This document shows, in pieces, positions 1 to 11,696 of a stretch of 64,000 nt of DNA. This DNA comes from an uncultured Methylomirabilota bacterium (GTDB taxonomy: Bacteria > Methylomirabilota > Methylomirabilia > Methylomirabilales > 2-02-FULL-66-22). Below the pieces are notes generated by a model. That model saw nothing but the letters and a program-made list of their open reading frames with translations. It did not search any database and was not told where the DNA came from. Location: positions 384,001-448,000 of the forward strand of contig CAWJSJ010000005.1 in the NCBI GenBank assembly GCA_963845565.1. The letters are read 5' to 3'. Each line of letters begins with the position of its first letter. Positions within the stretch are counted from its first letter, which is position 1. The translations under genes were made by a program, and so were the position numbers.

Positions 1-2126
1 TCCACCGTGGAGAGATGGCGACGATTCCACCGCCGCCAGCGGGAGACGGCCTCCTGCCAGGCGCGTGGGATTTCGGAGAGGATATGGATCCGCGCCCGCA
101 CGTCCTCGCTGCGTTTCGTGTCGTGGGTCGAGGTGGCGGACAGGTTCGCTGGCCACTTTTCCCGTCGGGCGAGGCACTGCTGGTGGAATTCCTCCACGGA
201 CACCCCGAACCGGTCGGGCTCGCCCCCCACTTCGTTGAGGCTCACGAGCCGGTGGTAGCGGTAGTTGGCCGTGTCCTCCAACCCCTTGGCGGTGACCGGG
301 GCGGTCACCTGCTGGAATTTCTGGACAAAGGCCAATTGGTCCTGCCGGTACGTCGCCTCGGCATTCTCAGGATAGCGGAGCAAGAGGGTGTCCCGCACGA
401 AATCGAAGATGGAGACGTTGGTCGTGGGATTGCGCCGCTTGGCGAACGCTACGGCCACTTCGACGCAGGCGCGGTCCTGCACGGATACCTCTGGACTCCG
501 ACCGTCGATGTAGGTCCGATACACTGGAAAACAGGCAATGACCTCGCGGAGGGCGTGGGTGAGGCTATTGAGGGTGAAATCCCGCGAGTGCCGGTTTCGC
601 TCCGACAATCGATCGAGCGCGTGCCCGAGGACGTTGAGCTCGCTGGACATCGACACCCGTAGAATGAGTTGCTTCGACTCGTAGACCAAGTCGGCGAACG
701 GCGTCCGCTGCCCCGTGAAGGCGCCATACACGGCGGTGATGGCCCGCTCGTTTCGGCCGTCCACGAACAGCCCGTTGACGAGATGCAGAAACTCGTATCC
801 CGTGGTTCCGTGGATGGCCCAGTGGCCGGGCAACCGCTCTCCTTTGGCCAGGATCTTCTCCGCCAGCAGGTACAAGGGGCGGCAGCCGCGCTGGGTCGGA
901 TCCGACTGACACGTCCGGTCGAACGCCTCCCCGGCCTGAAACGCCGCGACCTCCCGGTCGGATGCCGCCTCCCTCTCGCCCAACCCCGGGGCGGTTCGGA
1001 TCGCTTCGAGGGCGCGCTCGCGCTGGAGGGCTTGGAAGTAGCGAGGGGGATCGAAGAGGCCGTCCGGATGGTCGAGACGGATGCCGGTGACCTTCCCCTC
1101 GGCGACGAGACGCAAGATCAACCGGTGGGTCTCGCGGAAGACGGCCGGGTTTTCCATTCGGATGGCCGCCAGCTCGTTGATATCGAAGAACCGTCGGTAA
1201 TTGATCTCCTCGCCCGCCACCCGCCAGTACGCCAACCGGTAGGCCTGGTCGTCCAGTAGGCGGTCCAGCAGATCGAAGCTGCGGGGGTCTTCCCGCTTTC
1301 CGTTGAAGATGCGGATGGTTTCCTGGATGGAGATGCGGACCGCCTCGCACTCCCCCGTCAGGCGGGCCAGGCGGCGGCGGATCACCTCTTTCTCGCGCAG
1401 GCGTTCGAGGATCCGCTCGGGCGCGTGCTCGGTGCGCGCCGGCAGGTTTGTGAGCGCCGTGATGATGCTGTGGTATTCCTGGAGGCGAAGGTCCGTCTCC
1501 CCGAGTGCGTTCGCGAGCGCCTCCAGCCGGTGGGACAGGATCTGGGTGGCGGACCGCGGGTCGATGGGTAACCGTGTCTCGTAGTATCGCAGACTGAACG
1601 CCCCCCCGGAATAGTCCAGGACGAGCTCCTGATTCTCGAGCACCCGGCCGTACTGATCTCCGAGGATCGGTAGCAGGACCTTGTTGGCCAGTTGTCGTTT
1701 GACTGGGTCCCAGTCCACGTCGAAGAACTCCGCGTACGGGGAGCTGGGTCCGTTCTCCAGGACGTCGTTCCACCACGGGTTGCAACCGGCCGCGATTCCC
1801 ATGTGGTTCGGGACCACGTCCAGGATCTGCCCCATCCCGTGGGCCCGGAGGGCCTCCACGAACCGATCATAGTCCTCCTGGGTCCCGATCTCGGGGTTCA
1901 GGGTGTTGTGGTCCGTGATGTCGTAGCCGTGCATGCTGCCCGGTCTGGCGCCCAGATACGACGAAGCGTACACGTCGCTCACACCCAGAGCGTCCAGGTA
2001 GGGTAGGAGCCTTCGCGCATCCTCGAAGGTGAAGCGCGAGTTGAACTGGAGCCGGTACGTTGCCGCCGGTATCCGCGGCTGGAAGCGCGAATCCGCCCGC
2101 AGCCGGCCGAACAGGTCAGTGCGCAT
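1..2126 (-). CDS. treY: Malto-oligosyltrehalose synthase (GH13), 3'-partial, runs off the left edge
   Basis: Not in the ORF track because it has no stop in the window. Manual translation from ATG 2126: MRTDLFGRL...[82 protein letters not shown], the classic TreY N-terminus. Overlaps the upstream kinase stop. Confidence 0.95.
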   Translation of the reverse strand, partial: MRTDLFGRLRADSRFQPRIPAATYRLQFNSRFTFEDARRLLPYLDALGVSDVYASSYLGARPGSMHGYDITDHNTLNPEIGTQEDYDRFVEALRAHGMGQILDVVPNHMGIAAGCNPWWNDVLENGPSSPYAEFFDVDWDPVKRQLANKVLLPILGDQYGRVLENQELVLDYSGGAFSLRYYETRLPIDPRSATQILSHRLEALANALGETDLRLQEYHSIITALTNLPARTEHAPERILERLREKEVIRRRLARLTGECEAVRISIQETIRIFNGKREDPRSFDLLDRLLDDQAYRLAYWRVAGEEINYRRFFDINELAAIRMENPAVFRETHRLILRLVAEGKVTGIRLDHPDGLFDPPRYFQALQRERALEAIRTAPGLGEREAASDREVAAFQAGEAFDRTCQSDPTQRGCRPLYLLAEKILAKGERLPGHWAIHGTTGYEFLHLVNGLFVDGRNERAITAVYGAFTGQRTPFADLVYESKQLILRVSMSSELNVLGHALDRLSERNRHSRDFTLNSLTHALREVIACFPVYRTYIDGRSPEVSVQDRACVEVAVAFAKRRNPTTNVSIFDFVRDTLLLRYPENAEATYRQDQLAFVQKFQQVTAPVTAKGLEDTANYRYHRLVSLNEVGGEPDRFGVSVEEFHQQCLARREKWPANLSATSTHDTKRSEDVRARIHILSEIPRAWQEAVSRWRRWNRRHLSTV

Positions 2127-3702
2127 GTTCGGCCACCTCCGGCGTCGTCGGGGCGGGCGACTCATCTGCCAGCGGGATACGGACGATGACTTCGGTGCCC
2201 TTACCCGGGATGCTCAGCATCTCGATTTCCCCCCGATGCGCGCGCACGATCTCCTCGGCGATCCCCAGACCAAGACCGCTCCCTTGTCCCCGGGTCTTCG
2301 TGGAGAAGAAGGGCTCGAAGACGCGGTTCAACTCCTCGGCGGTCAACCCTTTGCCGGTGTCGATCACGTGAACGGCCAGCGTCGACGCGTCCGCCTTGCC
2401 CCGCAGGATGCTGGCGCGCCCTTCGGGGGGAAGCGTCGGGTCCGAGCCGGAGGTGATCCGCACGGTCCCGCCTTTTTCGCTCGCGTCCAGCGCGTTCAGG
2501 ACCAGATTGAGAAAGACCTGCTGGAGATGCTCCGGGTCCGCCATGACCGGCGGGAGACCGATGGGCAGCTCGATCTGGAGCCGCACGCCCCGACGCTGAC
2601 TGCGGTCCATGAGGATGGAGGCCACGCGCCCGACAAGGGGCAGAATCGGCTCCGGCCGCAGCGTGGGGCGGCGGGGTCGGGTGTAGTCCAGCAGGGCGCG
2701 GATGATGCCTTTGATCCGATCCGCCTGGCTCAGGATGACATCCAGATTCCTGCGTTCGGGATGATCGCGGGGCACCGCCCGATCCAGGACCTCGGCGCGA
2801 CCGGAGATCACGTTCAGCGGGGTGCCGATCTCGTGCGCGACCTCGGCCGCGAGCCTGCCGACCGTGGCGAGTTTTTGCGCCTGCTGGACCTCCTGCTCCA
2901 GGCGCAGACGCTCCTCGGCCTGTCGGATCAGCTCGTTGTTGGCGGCCTGGAGGTTCTCCGCCATCCGGTTGAACTCGGCGGCCAACTCGCCGATCTCGTC
3001 CTGACGGGGGACCGGGATCCGTTGGCTTAGGTCCCCGCGGCCCACGGCGCGCGCGGCGGAAACCAGGGCCCGGATCGGCCGCGCGATGCTCCAACGCGTC
3101 AGGATCGCGATGGACAGGACGAACAGGGCGAGTACGACCAGGCGAGAGACGATGGTGGAGCGCACCGCCCGGCGGAACTGGCGCTCCATCTCCCGGAGCG
3201 TCTGTTGGACCTCGATCGCGCCGGTCCGACCGGCGGGCCATCGGAACGGCTGGACGTAGCGGAGGATTCTCGCCGACTCGGTCTCGACGAGCAAGGAGAC
3301 CGCCTCCCGCCGGGCCATGGCGCCGCGCACCAGATCGTCCGGAGCCAGGGAGTCGAACCCGGCCACAATGGTGTGCGCCACCACCTGCGCGTCCGGGTTG
3401 TAAATCGCGACTCCCACCAGGCCGGGACGCGCCTTGATTTCTGCGAGCAGGTCCTCCATCTCCTCCGTCGTGCGGCCCCGCCGGAGGTTCTGCCGGACGG
3501 CCAAGGCCAACGTCTCGGCGAAGATGCGCTCATCCTCCCGGGTTTGCGTCACGAGTTGCTCGCGCTCGCGCACCAGGCGCGTATAATCCGTGAAGCCGGT
3601 GATGACCATCAGCGCCAACATCAATAGAATGATCAGGCGGGTGGTGAGGTTGTGGCGCAGTCGATTGCCGATTGCCCGCATCCATTGTCCGCGCATTGGC
3701 AT
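2116..3702 (-). CDS. Membrane HAMP-domain sensor histidine kinase
   Basis: Two TM segments, HAMP ([13 protein letters not shown]), H-box [14 protein letters not shown]-box [11 protein letters not shown]-boxes DTGKG / FFSTK / GSGLGL. Confidence 0.93.
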   Translation of the reverse strand: MPMRGQWMRAIGNRLRHNLTTRLIILLMLALMVITGFTDYTRLVREREQLVTQTREDERIFAETLALAVRQNLRRGRTTEEMEDLLAEIKARPGLVGVAIYNPDAQVVAHTIVAGFDSLAPDDLVRGAMARREAVSLLVETESARILRYVQPFRWPAGRTGAIEVQQTLREMERQFRRAVRSTIVSRLVVLALFVLSIAILTRWSIARPIRALVSAARAVGRGDLSQRIPVPRQDEIGELAAEFNRMAENLQAANNELIRQAEERLRLEQEVQQAQKLATVGRLAAEVAHEIGTPLNVISGRAEVLDRAVPRDHPERRNLDVILSQADRIKGIIRALLDYTRPRRPTLRPEPILPLVGRVASILMDRSQRRGVRLQIELPIGLPPVMADPEHLQQVFLNLVLNALDASEKGGTVRITSGSDPTLPPEGRASILRGKADASTLAVHVIDTGKGLTAEELNRVFEPFFSTKTRGQGSGLGLGIAEEIVRAHRGEIEMLSIPGKGTEVIVRIPLADESPAPTTPEVAEHAH

Positions 3703-3705
3703 CCT

Positions 3706-4098
3706 TCAGGGGCGAGACTCCGTCTCGGCGTGCAGGGCCTTGGCGATTGCCGCCTTCAGTTCCTCCATGCGGAAGGGCTTGAAGAGGTACTCAGCCGCCC
3801 CCTTTTCCACCGCCTCGATGTACGATGGGACGTCGCCGAAGGCCGTCATCATAATGATCTTCGAGTCCGGACAGACCCGCCGGAATCCCGGGAGCAGATC
3901 CAACCCGCTGGGACCCGGCATGTTCTTGTCCATCAGGATGAGGTCGAATCGACGGGCCCGGAGGGCGAGCACCGCCTCGGTGCCGTCCTTGGCCTCGACG
4001 ACATCGTATCCCTCGTTCCGGAGGACGTCGAGGAGCAACGCGCGCATTTCCGGGTCGTCGTCGACCACCAGGATGCTTCGGTGCCTGGCCACGGTCAC
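3706..4098 (-). CDS. Stand-alone CheY-like response regulator
   Basis: ILVVDDD, phospho-acceptor LMDKNMPG, MTAFG, FKPF; no output domain. Confidence 0.92.
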   Translation of the reverse strand: MTVARHRSILVVDDDPEMRALLLDVLRNEGYDVVEAKDGTEAVLALRARRFDLILMDKNMPGPSGLDLLPGFRRVCPDSKIIMMTAFGDVPSYIEAVEKGAAEYLFKPFRMEELKAAIAKALHAETESRP

Positions 4099-4188
4099 TG
4101 CCTCCTTCCAGGACTCGCGCCCGCCAGCGCGCGTCCTGCGCGCTGCGGCGTCATGGTCCCGTATTCACCCGCGCGGTCCGGTCGCCCG

Positions 4189-5469
4189 TCACCCGACCGC
4201 GGGGCCCGTTTCGTGGACAACCGCGATACCCGACGGACCCAACAGAAGCTCCTCGGCGTCGGCCAGCGCGCGCGAGGCTCCCGTGAGCGGATCCGTGACG
4301 ACCCGGCCGGACGCGGCGGCCGGACCTGCCGGGACCCGGATCCGGGCGGGCGCACGGCGATTCGCGTTCAAGACGACGAGCACCGCCTCGGTCGTATCGC
4401 GCGTCTGTTTCCGAAATCCGACGCATCGGTCGTCCCCGAGCGCAACCGGCGCGATCGGTCCTTCCTCGTTGAGCGCGCGCACGGCCGCCTTGGTGCGGTG
4501 GATCACGCCAATCGCCCCCGTGAGATCCCACGTCGGCGCCTCCCAATCCTGCGGCGTCGTTCGCACAACGTGGAGCCGCTTGCGGAACCCGTACTCGAAG
4601 CCGATGGGCATCATGACGCCGGTGGAGAAGACGGCGGCGAAGGCGTACCGCTGCAGCACCGCCGCTCGATCGCCGTCGAGCTCGGCGGCCAGCCTGGGCG
4701 TGTCGTGGGACTCGGGAAAGCCGATGGACGGGACGACCGGTGCGGTTAGCGCGTATTGCTCGAGGCACCACGGTTCCCGGAAGTCCCACCACTTGCTGCT
4801 GTTGAAGATGAAGTCGAAGCCCGCGCGCGCGGTGTTCAGCGTCTGCGCCGGCGTGCAGCCGAGCGTCTCGGCGAGGAACAGAGTATCCGGGTACTGGGCC
4901 TTGACCGCGCCGATGAGGTCCCGCCAGAGGGCCTCCGGGACCTGGTAGGCTGCGTCGCAGCGAAACCCACGGAACCCCATACCGGCATATTGAAGGGCGA
5001 GACTCCGCCAGTACGCCCACAGGGCCTCCCGCTCGGGACTGCCGGCGTTGTCCACCTCGGCCAGATCCCGCCAGACCACCCGCCGCTTCCCCGCTTTGGC
5101 CCCGGGGTGAACGATCCGTCCTTTGTCGTCCCGGCGGAACCACTCGGGATGCTCTCCAATCAGGGGCGAATCGAAGGCCGTGTGATTGATGACAAGGTCC
5201 ATCATGACCGAGAGGCCCAACCCGGAGGCTTCCCGCAACATAGCCGCGAGTTGTTCGCCAGGCGGCGCACTTCCGTTCACGAGACGGGCGTCGATGGTGT
5301 AATAGTCCTTCACCGAATAGAGACTCCCGGAGTAGCCGGCTTGGTGGAACGCGTTCACGAATATCCAGGTAAACCCCATGGCGGCGGCACGCTCCAGGTG
5401 GGGCCGCCAGCCGGGCAACGGTCCCGCGAGGAGCGGAAAGAGGTTATAGATCCGCGGACCCTGGTTCAT
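4189..5469 (-). CDS. GH13 alpha-amylase-family glycoside hydrolase
   Basis: DLVINH, FRCDAAY, LAETLG and ESHDT catalytic motifs. Start moved to ATG 5469 ([11 protein letters not shown]), which forms an ATGA overlap with the glgX stop. Confidence 0.88.
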   Translation of the reverse strand: MNQGPRIYNLFPLLAGPLPGWRPHLERAAAMGFTWIFVNAFHQAGYSGSLYSVKDYYTIDARLVNGSAPPGEQLAAMLREASGLGLSVMMDLVINHTAFDSPLIGEHPEWFRRDDKGRIVHPGAKAGKRRVVWRDLAEVDNAGSPEREALWAYWRSLALQYAGMGFRGFRCDAAYQVPEALWRDLIGAVKAQYPDTLFLAETLGCTPAQTLNTARAGFDFIFNSSKWWDFREPWCLEQYALTAPVVPSIGFPESHDTPRLAAELDGDRAAVLQRYAFAAVFSTGVMMPIGFEYGFRKRLHVVRTTPQDWEAPTWDLTGAIGVIHRTKAAVRALNEEGPIAPVALGDDRCVGFRKQTRDTTEAVLVVLNANRRAPARIRVPAGPAAASGRVVTDPLTGASRALADAEELLLGPSGIAVVHETGPAVG

Positions 5470-7598
5470 GACTTCTCTTTCAGGCGAAACAGGGCAAGGC
5501 ACCGCCCCTCCATTTCGTACAGTTTCCCTCCGGGGACGAGCCGGGCACGGCGGGGCGGATCCGCCGCCCGGGTGTCCAGCACGATTTTCCACCGGATGCC
5601 CGGTCGGTGGGCCGGGAGGACAAACGTCTGCGGTGCGTGGTGCGCATTCAGGAGGATCAAGAAGGTGTCGTCCGTGATCTGCTCGCCCCGGACGTCCACC
5701 TCCGCGATGGCGTCTCCGGCCAGGCGCAGTGCGATGCAGCGCGCGAGGGGATCTCGCCAGTTCTCTTCGGTGATCTCTTTCCCATCCGTTCGGAACCAGG
5801 ACAAATCCTTGACCTCGGAGCCCCAGATACGCCGGCCGGCGAAGAACTGCCGCCGCCGAAACACCGGGTGAGCCCGGCGAAGGGCGATGAGCCTTCGCGT
5901 GAAGGCCAGCAGGTGCTTCCGCGTGTTGTCCAGCCGCCAGTCGAACCAGCTCGTTTCGTTGTCCTGACAGTACGCGTTATTGTTCCCGCCCTGGGTTCGG
6001 CCGATCTCGTCCCCTCCGCACAGCATGGGGACGCCCTGGGAGAGGAGCAGCATAGCGAGGAAGTTCCGCTTCTGCCGCTCTCGCAAGGTCAGGACCGCGT
6101 GGTCTTCCGTCGCGCCCTCGACCCCGCCGTTCCAACTCAGATTCTCGTTGTGGCCGTCCCGGTTGTCCTCGCCGTTGGCCTCGTTGTGCTTGTCGTTGTA
6201 GCTCACCAGGTCGTGCAGCGTGAACCCGTCGTGCGCCGTGACAAAATTGATGCTGGCATACGGACGCCGGCCCCCCTTGCCGTACAGGTCGCTCGAGCCC
6301 GTCAGCCGGTACCCCAGCTCGCCCACCTGGCCTGCGTCCCCTTTCCAGTACGCCCGGACCGTATCCCGATACTTGCCGTTCCACTCGGCCCACAGGACGG
6401 GGAAGTTTCCCACCTGGTAGCCCCCTTCGCCGAGGTCCCAGGGTTCCGCGATGAGCTTGACCTGGGAGATGACCGGGTCCTGGTGAATGATGTCGAAGAA
6501 CGCCCCCAGGCGGTCCACATCGTGCAACTCCCGGGCGAGGGCCGACGCCAGGTCGAAGCGGAAGCCGTCCACGTGCATCTCCAGCACCCAGTACCGCAGG
6601 CTATCCATGATGAGCTGGAGCGTCCGGGGATGGGTCATGTTGAGCGTGTTCCCGCAGCCGGTGTAGTCCATGTAGTAGCGTCGGTTGTCGGGGACGAGCC
6701 GGTAGTAGGCCGCGTTGTCGATCCCGCGGAAGCCCAGCGTGGGACCCAGATGGCTGCCCTCTCCGGTGTGGTTGTACACCACGTCCAGGATCACCTCGAT
6801 GCCCGCCTGGTGCAAGGTCTTGACCATGGTCTTGAACTCGCCCACCTGGTGGCCGAGGGTGCCGCTGCTGGCGTACCGGACATCCGGTGCGAAGAACCCG
6901 ATGGAGTTGTACCCCCAGTAGTTGGTCAGCCCTCGTTCCACCAGGTGCCGGTCCGCCACGAACTGGTGGATGGGGAGCAGCTCCACCGCCGTGACCCCCA
7001 GCGATCGCAGATAATCCACCGTTGCCGGGCACGCCAGGCCGGCGTAGGTTCCCCGCAACCGCTCCGGCACGTCGGAGCGACGGGCGGTGAATCCCTTCGC
7101 GTGCACCTCGTAGATCACGGTCTCGTTCCACGGGATGCGTGGAGGGCGATCATCCCCCCAGGTGAAGGCCGGATCGATCACCACGCTCTTGGGCGTATGG
7201 GCGGCGCTGTCGCGCGCGTCCAAACTGAGGTCGGAATCCGGATGGCCTACCTGGTATCCGAATAGGGCGTCGTTCCACTGGATCGTCCCATCGATGGCTT
7301 TGGCGTAGGGGTCAAGGAGCAGCTTGTGCGGATTGAACCGGTGCCCTGCAGCCGGGTCGTACGGTCCGTCCACCCGGTAGCCGTACCGCTGGTTCGGCCG
7401 CGCTTCTGGGAGGTAGACATGCCAGACGAGGTCGGTCTGCTCGGTCATTCGAATCCGCGCGAACTGCTGACTTTCGTTGTCGCCGTCGAAGAGGCACAAC
7501 GCCACCCCCGTCGCGTTCTCCGAGAACAGGGAAAAGTTCACCCCAGAGCCATCCCAGGTGGCGCCCAGAGGATACGGGTTGCCGGGACGCGATCTCAT
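5466..7598 (-). CDS. glgX: Glycogen debranching enzyme (isoamylase, GlgX/TreX)
   Basis: [51 protein letters not shown] motifs. Confidence 0.97.
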   Translation of the reverse strand: MRSRPGNPYPLGATWDGSGVNFSLFSENATGVALCLFDGDNESQQFARIRMTEQTDLVWHVYLPEARPNQRYGYRVDGPYDPAAGHRFNPHKLLLDPYAKAIDGTIQWNDALFGYQVGHPDSDLSLDARDSAAHTPKSVVIDPAFTWGDDRPPRIPWNETVIYEVHAKGFTARRSDVPERLRGTYAGLACPATVDYLRSLGVTAVELLPIHQFVADRHLVERGLTNYWGYNSIGFFAPDVRYASSGTLGHQVGEFKTMVKTLHQAGIEVILDVVYNHTGEGSHLGPTLGFRGIDNAAYYRLVPDNRRYYMDYTGCGNTLNMTHPRTLQLIMDSLRYWVLEMHVDGFRFDLASALARELHDVDRLGAFFDIIHQDPVISQVKLIAEPWDLGEGGYQVGNFPVLWAEWNGKYRDTVRAYWKGDAGQVGELGYRLTGSSDLYGKGGRRPYASINFVTAHDGFTLHDLVSYNDKHNEANGEDNRDGHNENLSWNGGVEGATEDHAVLTLRERQKRNFLAMLLLSQGVPMLCGGDEIGRTQGGNNNAYCQDNETSWFDWRLDNTRKHLLAFTRRLIALRRAHPVFRRRQFFAGRRIWGSEVKDLSWFRTDGKEITEENWRDPLARCIALRLAGDAIAEVDVRGEQITDDTFLILLNAHHAPQTFVLPAHRPGIRWKIVLDTRAADPPRRARLVPGGKLYEMEGRCLALFRLKEKS

Positions 7599-7755
7599 GT
7601 CGAACCGTTCGGCGCCGGGGCCGCACCCTGCCGCCGGATGCGCCGGGTCGCATCCCGCCTTCCGATCGCGCGGTTTCTTGCCCCTCGGTGGATTAGGACC
7701 TCAGTGTGCGCCAACACCTCGTCTCTCCTCACTCGGGCTTCCGTTCCCGTCCCGG

Positions 7756-8553
7756 TCAGCGCACCGCCCCGGTCAGCAGGGCGGTCTGCACGTGGCGCTG
7801 AAGCATTCCCGTCAGCAACAGAACCGGCACCGTCATGAGTGTGGCGGCGGCGGCCGTCAGGAACCAATTGCCTTGATACAGATAGTAGTACACCTGCAGG
7901 GGCATCGTTTTTGCGCCCAGGGTCAAGTAGCTGGCCAGAATGAACTCTTCCCAGGAGAAGACCCAGGCCAAGAGCCCGGCAACGACGAGGCCGGGACGGG
8001 CCAGCCGGATGGTCACGTACCACAGCGTCTGCCACGAGGAGCACCCGTCGAGGGCCGCCGCCTCCTCCACCTCGCGGGGAATGGCCACAAAGGTCGCGGT
8101 CAGTACCCACGCCGCCACCGGCAGCACCAGGGTGAGGTGGCCCATCGCGAGGCCGACGACCGTGTCCAGCAAGCCCCATCGCAGAAACACCACCGCCACG
8201 GGAAGGGCGATACTCACCTCCGGCAGCATCCGGAATGCGAACAGGCCGAGCAGAATACCATACCGCCAGCGCGCCGGGAGACGGGCCAGGCTGTGCGCGG
8301 CCGGCGCCGCCAATAGCACGGCGGCCATTGCGACGAGGGTAGCCGTCGTCAAGCTCTTGGCCAGCGGGGCGAGGACCTGGCCTGTTGCCAAGAGGGCGTG
8401 CCAATGATCCCAGGTGAGCCCGTGCGGCAGGAACGTCGGGTGCGCCGTCATGACTTCCGCCGGCGGGCTGAAGGATACCTTCAGCATGAGGTACAGGGGC
8501 GCGAGCGCCCAGCAGGAGAGCGCCGCGAGGATCGGGACGACGACGCATCTCAT
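7756..8553 (-). CDS. Carbohydrate ABC transporter permease (MalG-like)
   Basis: EAA loop EVEEAAALDGCS and hydrophobic helices; ATG 8553 overlaps the previous stop (ATGA). Confidence 0.92.
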   Translation of the reverse strand: MRCVVVPILAALSCWALAPLYLMLKVSFSPPAEVMTAHPTFLPHGLTWDHWHALLATGQVLAPLAKSLTTATLVAMAAVLLAAPAAHSLARLPARWRYGILLGLFAFRMLPEVSIALPVAVVFLRWGLLDTVVGLAMGHLTLVLPVAAWVLTATFVAIPREVEEAAALDGCSSWQTLWYVTIRLARPGLVVAGLLAWVFSWEEFILASYLTLGAKTMPLQVYYYLYQGNWFLTAAAATLMTVPVLLLTGMLQRHVQTALLTGAVR

Positions 8554-9383
8554 CGCAGGACCTCTTCGGGACCGGCCAGCTTGAGGTACGCCAGCACCGT
8601 GACCAAGATCATCACCAACAAGATCACACTGCTGGCCGCGGCCGTATGCGGATTCCCGTACTCGAGATATTCCACGGACGCGTACGTCGAGAGCACCGGG
8701 AGCCCCCGGCCGACCAGGGCCAGCGGCAGGGCGAAGATCCGGAATGCGTCCACGCCGCGGACGATCAAGGCCATCGTCACCGCCGGCTTCAACAGGGGCA
8801 ACGTAATGGCGAAGAACTGCCGCCACCCCGAAGCCCCGTCGGTCCGCGCCGCCTCGTACAATTCGCCGGGAATGGCCTGAAGACCGGCCAGCAAGATGAG
8901 CAGGATCAGCGGCGTCACCTTCCACGCGTCGGCGACCGCCACCGTGACAAGGGCCAGCCAGCGCTCGCCGGTCCAATCGACGGGCGACCGAATCGCGCCA
9001 AGCCGAAGCAGAGCCTCGTTGAGGTAGCCGACCGTGCCGAACACCGTGCGCATGACCGCCGCCGACACGATGGTCGGAACGCCCAGGGGAACCAGGAGCA
9101 GGATCGAAAAGATCCTGCGGCCCACGGGACGGCCAGCCAGCGCCAAAGCGGCTCCCAGCCCCAAGAGCATCTCCAGGGTCAGGCCGATGCCGGTTATGAC
9201 CAGAGTGTTGATCACCGCCTCGCCGAACTGGTAGTCCGTGACGATTCGGCGAAAATGCTCCAACGTGATCCCAACATCGGGCGCGGTCGCGCTCATGGCG
9301 AGCGTGGAAGCCACCGGGGCCACAGTGAGACACGAGAGGTACGTCGCGAGCGGGAGCAGGCCGAGCAAGGCGCGGGCCTTCAT
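8550..9383 (-). CDS. Carbohydrate ABC transporter permease (MalF-like)
   Basis: WKVTP, ELYEAARTDGAS EAA motif, six TM helices. Confidence 0.93.
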   Translation of the reverse strand: MKARALLGLLPLATYLSCLTVAPVASTLAMSATAPDVGITLEHFRRIVTDYQFGEAVINTLVITGIGLTLEMLLGLGAALALAGRPVGRRIFSILLLVPLGVPTIVSAAVMRTVFGTVGYLNEALLRLGAIRSPVDWTGERWLALVTVAVADAWKVTPLILLILLAGLQAIPGELYEAARTDGASGWRQFFAITLPLLKPAVTMALIVRGVDAFRIFALPLALVGRGLPVLSTYASVEYLEYGNPHTAAASSVILLVMILVTVLAYLKLAGPEEVLR

Positions 9384-10624
9384 CGCCGCCCCTTTCGCAG
9401 GTCGCTCAAGCGAGCCGCCAAGGGAGGTAGTGCCTCATCCACGGCTTCCTTTCGCCACAGGATGCGCTCGACTGCTTCGGACGCGATGCGCTCGTACTCG
9501 GCCCAGTAGGGGACGTTCTCGCGAAAGACCCCGTGGCGCATGGCGTCCTGGACCGCCGCGACGTGGGGGCGCATCCAGGGCTCCAGCGCGCCCACCGCAT
9601 CGCCCCGGATGGTCGGCCAGCCCAGGCGCGAGGCCAGTGTTTCCTGGATCTCCCGCGATTGGAGATGGCGGATCAGGCGGAGCGCAAGATCCCGATTGGG
9701 CGCGCCCACGGGAATCCCGAGGACGTCACCCCCGATGACATGCGCTTCCCGGGCCGGGCCGGCCCAACCGCTGTAGGTGCGGATGGCGTGTTTCCCGTAG
9801 TCCCGGATCAACAGGGGGACACCGAAGGGCCAATTCTGGGCCAGATAGGCCGACTCCTGCGCCAGGGCATCGTTGGTTGTGTCCCATTTGGCTCGGCGAG
9901 AGTCCGGCGAAAGGTAGGGCGCCAATTCGCGGAGGAAGTGGAACGTAGCCACCGTGGCGGGATGGCCGAGGTCGAGGGGGTCGCCTCCCGCGGACACGAT
10001 CCACTCGTACAGTTGGGTCACGGTAGGGGCCCCGCCCACCCCCTGGAACAGGACGCGCCCGAGGCCTTCCCGTTCCTTGAAGGTCTTGGCGACGGAGAGG
10101 AGCTCACCCCAGGTCCGCGGCGGCCGGAGCCCGTAGGCGTCGAACTTCGCGCCGTTGTAGTAGGCGATCTGCACGTTGGGTCGGAAGGGCAGGAAGTAGC
10201 GCCGGTCCGCCAGGACGCCTGACGCGGCCAGCGCGGGCAGCACCGCCGCGTCCATGCGCGTCTCGTCCCCCTCCAGCGCCTGCACCAGGCCGGACTCCAC
10301 CAGCTCCTGCAGCCGCATGTTGTCCTGGGCGAAGAGGTCGATCTCCATGCGCCCGGCATCCCGCATCGCCTTGAGTCGCTGGGGGAGGATCTCGGGAGAC
10401 ACGTCGATGGCGCGCACCCGACAGGCGCAGGCCCGCTCGAACGGAGGAAGGACGTCCTGTCGGATGACCCGCCACTCCGCCTCGGCCAGCCGCATGGTCA
10501 CCGTCAGTGTGGGATCGGCGGCTTCCACGGCCGAGACACCGAGCGTGACCGCGAGCGCGCAGAGCGCCAGGCACCGGGCCCTACGCCGTGTCGATACGGC
10601 GCTCCGTGACCTGTCGGATCGCAT
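9380..10624 (-). CDS. Sugar ABC transporter substrate-binding protein (possibly trehalose/maltose)
   Basis: Signal peptide and family-1 SBP motifs (YYN..F..YGLRPPRTWGEL, QNWPF, IGGDVLGI); overlaps the permease gene. Confidence 0.85.
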   Translation of the reverse strand: MRSDRSRSAVSTRRRARCLALCALAVTLGVSAVEAADPTLTVTMRLAEAEWRVIRQDVLPPFERACACRVRAIDVSPEILPQRLKAMRDAGRMEIDLFAQDNMRLQELVESGLVQALEGDETRMDAAVLPALAASGVLADRRYFLPFRPNVQIAYYNGAKFDAYGLRPPRTWGELLSVAKTFKEREGLGRVLFQGVGGAPTVTQLYEWIVSAGGDPLDLGHPATVATFHFLRELAPYLSPDSRRAKWDTTNDALAQESAYLAQNWPFGVPLLIRDYGKHAIRTYSGWAGPAREAHVIGGDVLGIPVGAPNRDLALRLIRHLQSREIQETLASRLGWPTIRGDAVGALEPWMRPHVAAVQDAMRHGVFRENVPYWAEYERIASEAVERILWRKEAVDEALPPLAARLSDLRKGRR

Positions 10625-11126
10625 CGACTCCTCCCGCGGCGCTGGGCCCGTCCTGTCGGCCGCGGCCTATACGCCGACTCCCGCCGGATGGGACCGGGGG
10701 GTCGGCAACGGCCTTCACGCGGACGAACAGCGTGACCGGCTGACCGGCCAGCGGATGGTTGAAGTCCAGCGCCAACCGATTCTCCGTCAGCACGTAGGCC
10801 CGGCAGACTGCGGAGGCGCCGTCCCGGGTCTCGACGCGCAGGGTCGCTCCGTCCTGCACCGGGACGTCGCCCACGGCGCGGGACTGGCGCATCGTCAGGA
10901 CCGCGTCCGGGTCCCAGTCCCCGAAGGCCTCCGCGGGGTTCAGTCGGATGAGCCGCTCGTCCCCCAAGTGCAGACCGATCAGCTTTTCCCCCAGACCGGG
11001 CAGGGCTCTCCACTGACCCACCCGAAGCCGCAAGGGGCCGTTCAGCGCGGACGAATCGACCTGCTCCCCCGAATCCAGCAGGATGTCGTAGTCGAGGCTG
11101 ACGACGCTTCCCCGCTCGATTTTCAC
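10581..11126 (-). CDS. FKBP-type peptidyl-prolyl isomerase (SlyD/SlpA-like)
   Basis: VSLDY...DSS...LPGL..L.G...G....L.PAEAFG and DFNHPLAG motifs. Confidence 0.88.
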   Translation of the reverse strand: MKIERGSVVSLDYDILLDSGEQVDSSALNGPLRLRVGQWRALPGLGEKLIGLHLGDERLIRLNPAEAFGDWDPDAVLTMRQSRAVGDVPVQDGATLRVETRDGASAVCRAYVLTENRLALDFNHPLAGQPVTLFVRVKAVADPPVPSGGSRRIGRGRQDGPSAAGGVDAIRQVTERRIDTA

Positions 11127-11572
11127 GGGACACCCCCCTTCTCTCGCTGGGGTGGACTGCGCTCTTCGGTCTCGACCAAGAGGGTGAGCCCCCGGGTGCC
11201 CCGGACGACGATCGGGCTTCCTGCTGCGATCCCCTCACCGTGCGGCGGGAGACACTCCGCCGCCCACAACTCGCCGCCCAGCCGCACATATCCCCCGGGG
11301 GCGAGGGGTTCGGTCGCGACCCCCCGGGCGCCGACGATGGTGTCCGGCCCCGTCCGGGGCGGGGCGAAGGCGTCCCGGAGCAGGGGATACATGGCGACCT
11401 CTTTGATGATCCACAGCGCGAACAGCCCAACCACCCATCTTCGCGGGAGACCGGCCCACGCCTGCAGCAAGAGCAACACGATCCCCGCCAGGAGGATGTC
11501 CGGGACCTGCACGAGCAGGTACGGCCAGAACCCCCTTGGCGCGTACCACGTCATCGTGGTTTTTCGGCCCAT
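11123..11572 (-). CDS. NfeD-like membrane protein (C-terminal OB-fold)
   Basis: Two TM helices then IVGARGVATEPLAPGGYVRLGGELWAA...G..IVVRGTRGLTLLV; start uncertain (11572 or 11554). Confidence 0.8.
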   Translation of the reverse strand: MGRKTTMTWYAPRGFWPYLLVQVPDILLAGIVLLLLQAWAGLPRRWVVGLFALWIIKEVAMYPLLRDAFAPPRTGPDTIVGARGVATEPLAPGGYVRLGGELWAAECLPPHGEGIAAGSPIVVRGTRGLTLLVETEERSPPQREKGGVP

Positions 11573-11696
11573 TGCGCGCTGTCGGCGCGGGCGGCGCGGC
11601 GCAGCGCCAGCACGCCGATGAATATCACAGCGTAAAACCCGATCACGGCGAGGATCTCCATGGTCTTCCCTCTCTAGACGCTTCGACGTTCCCCAA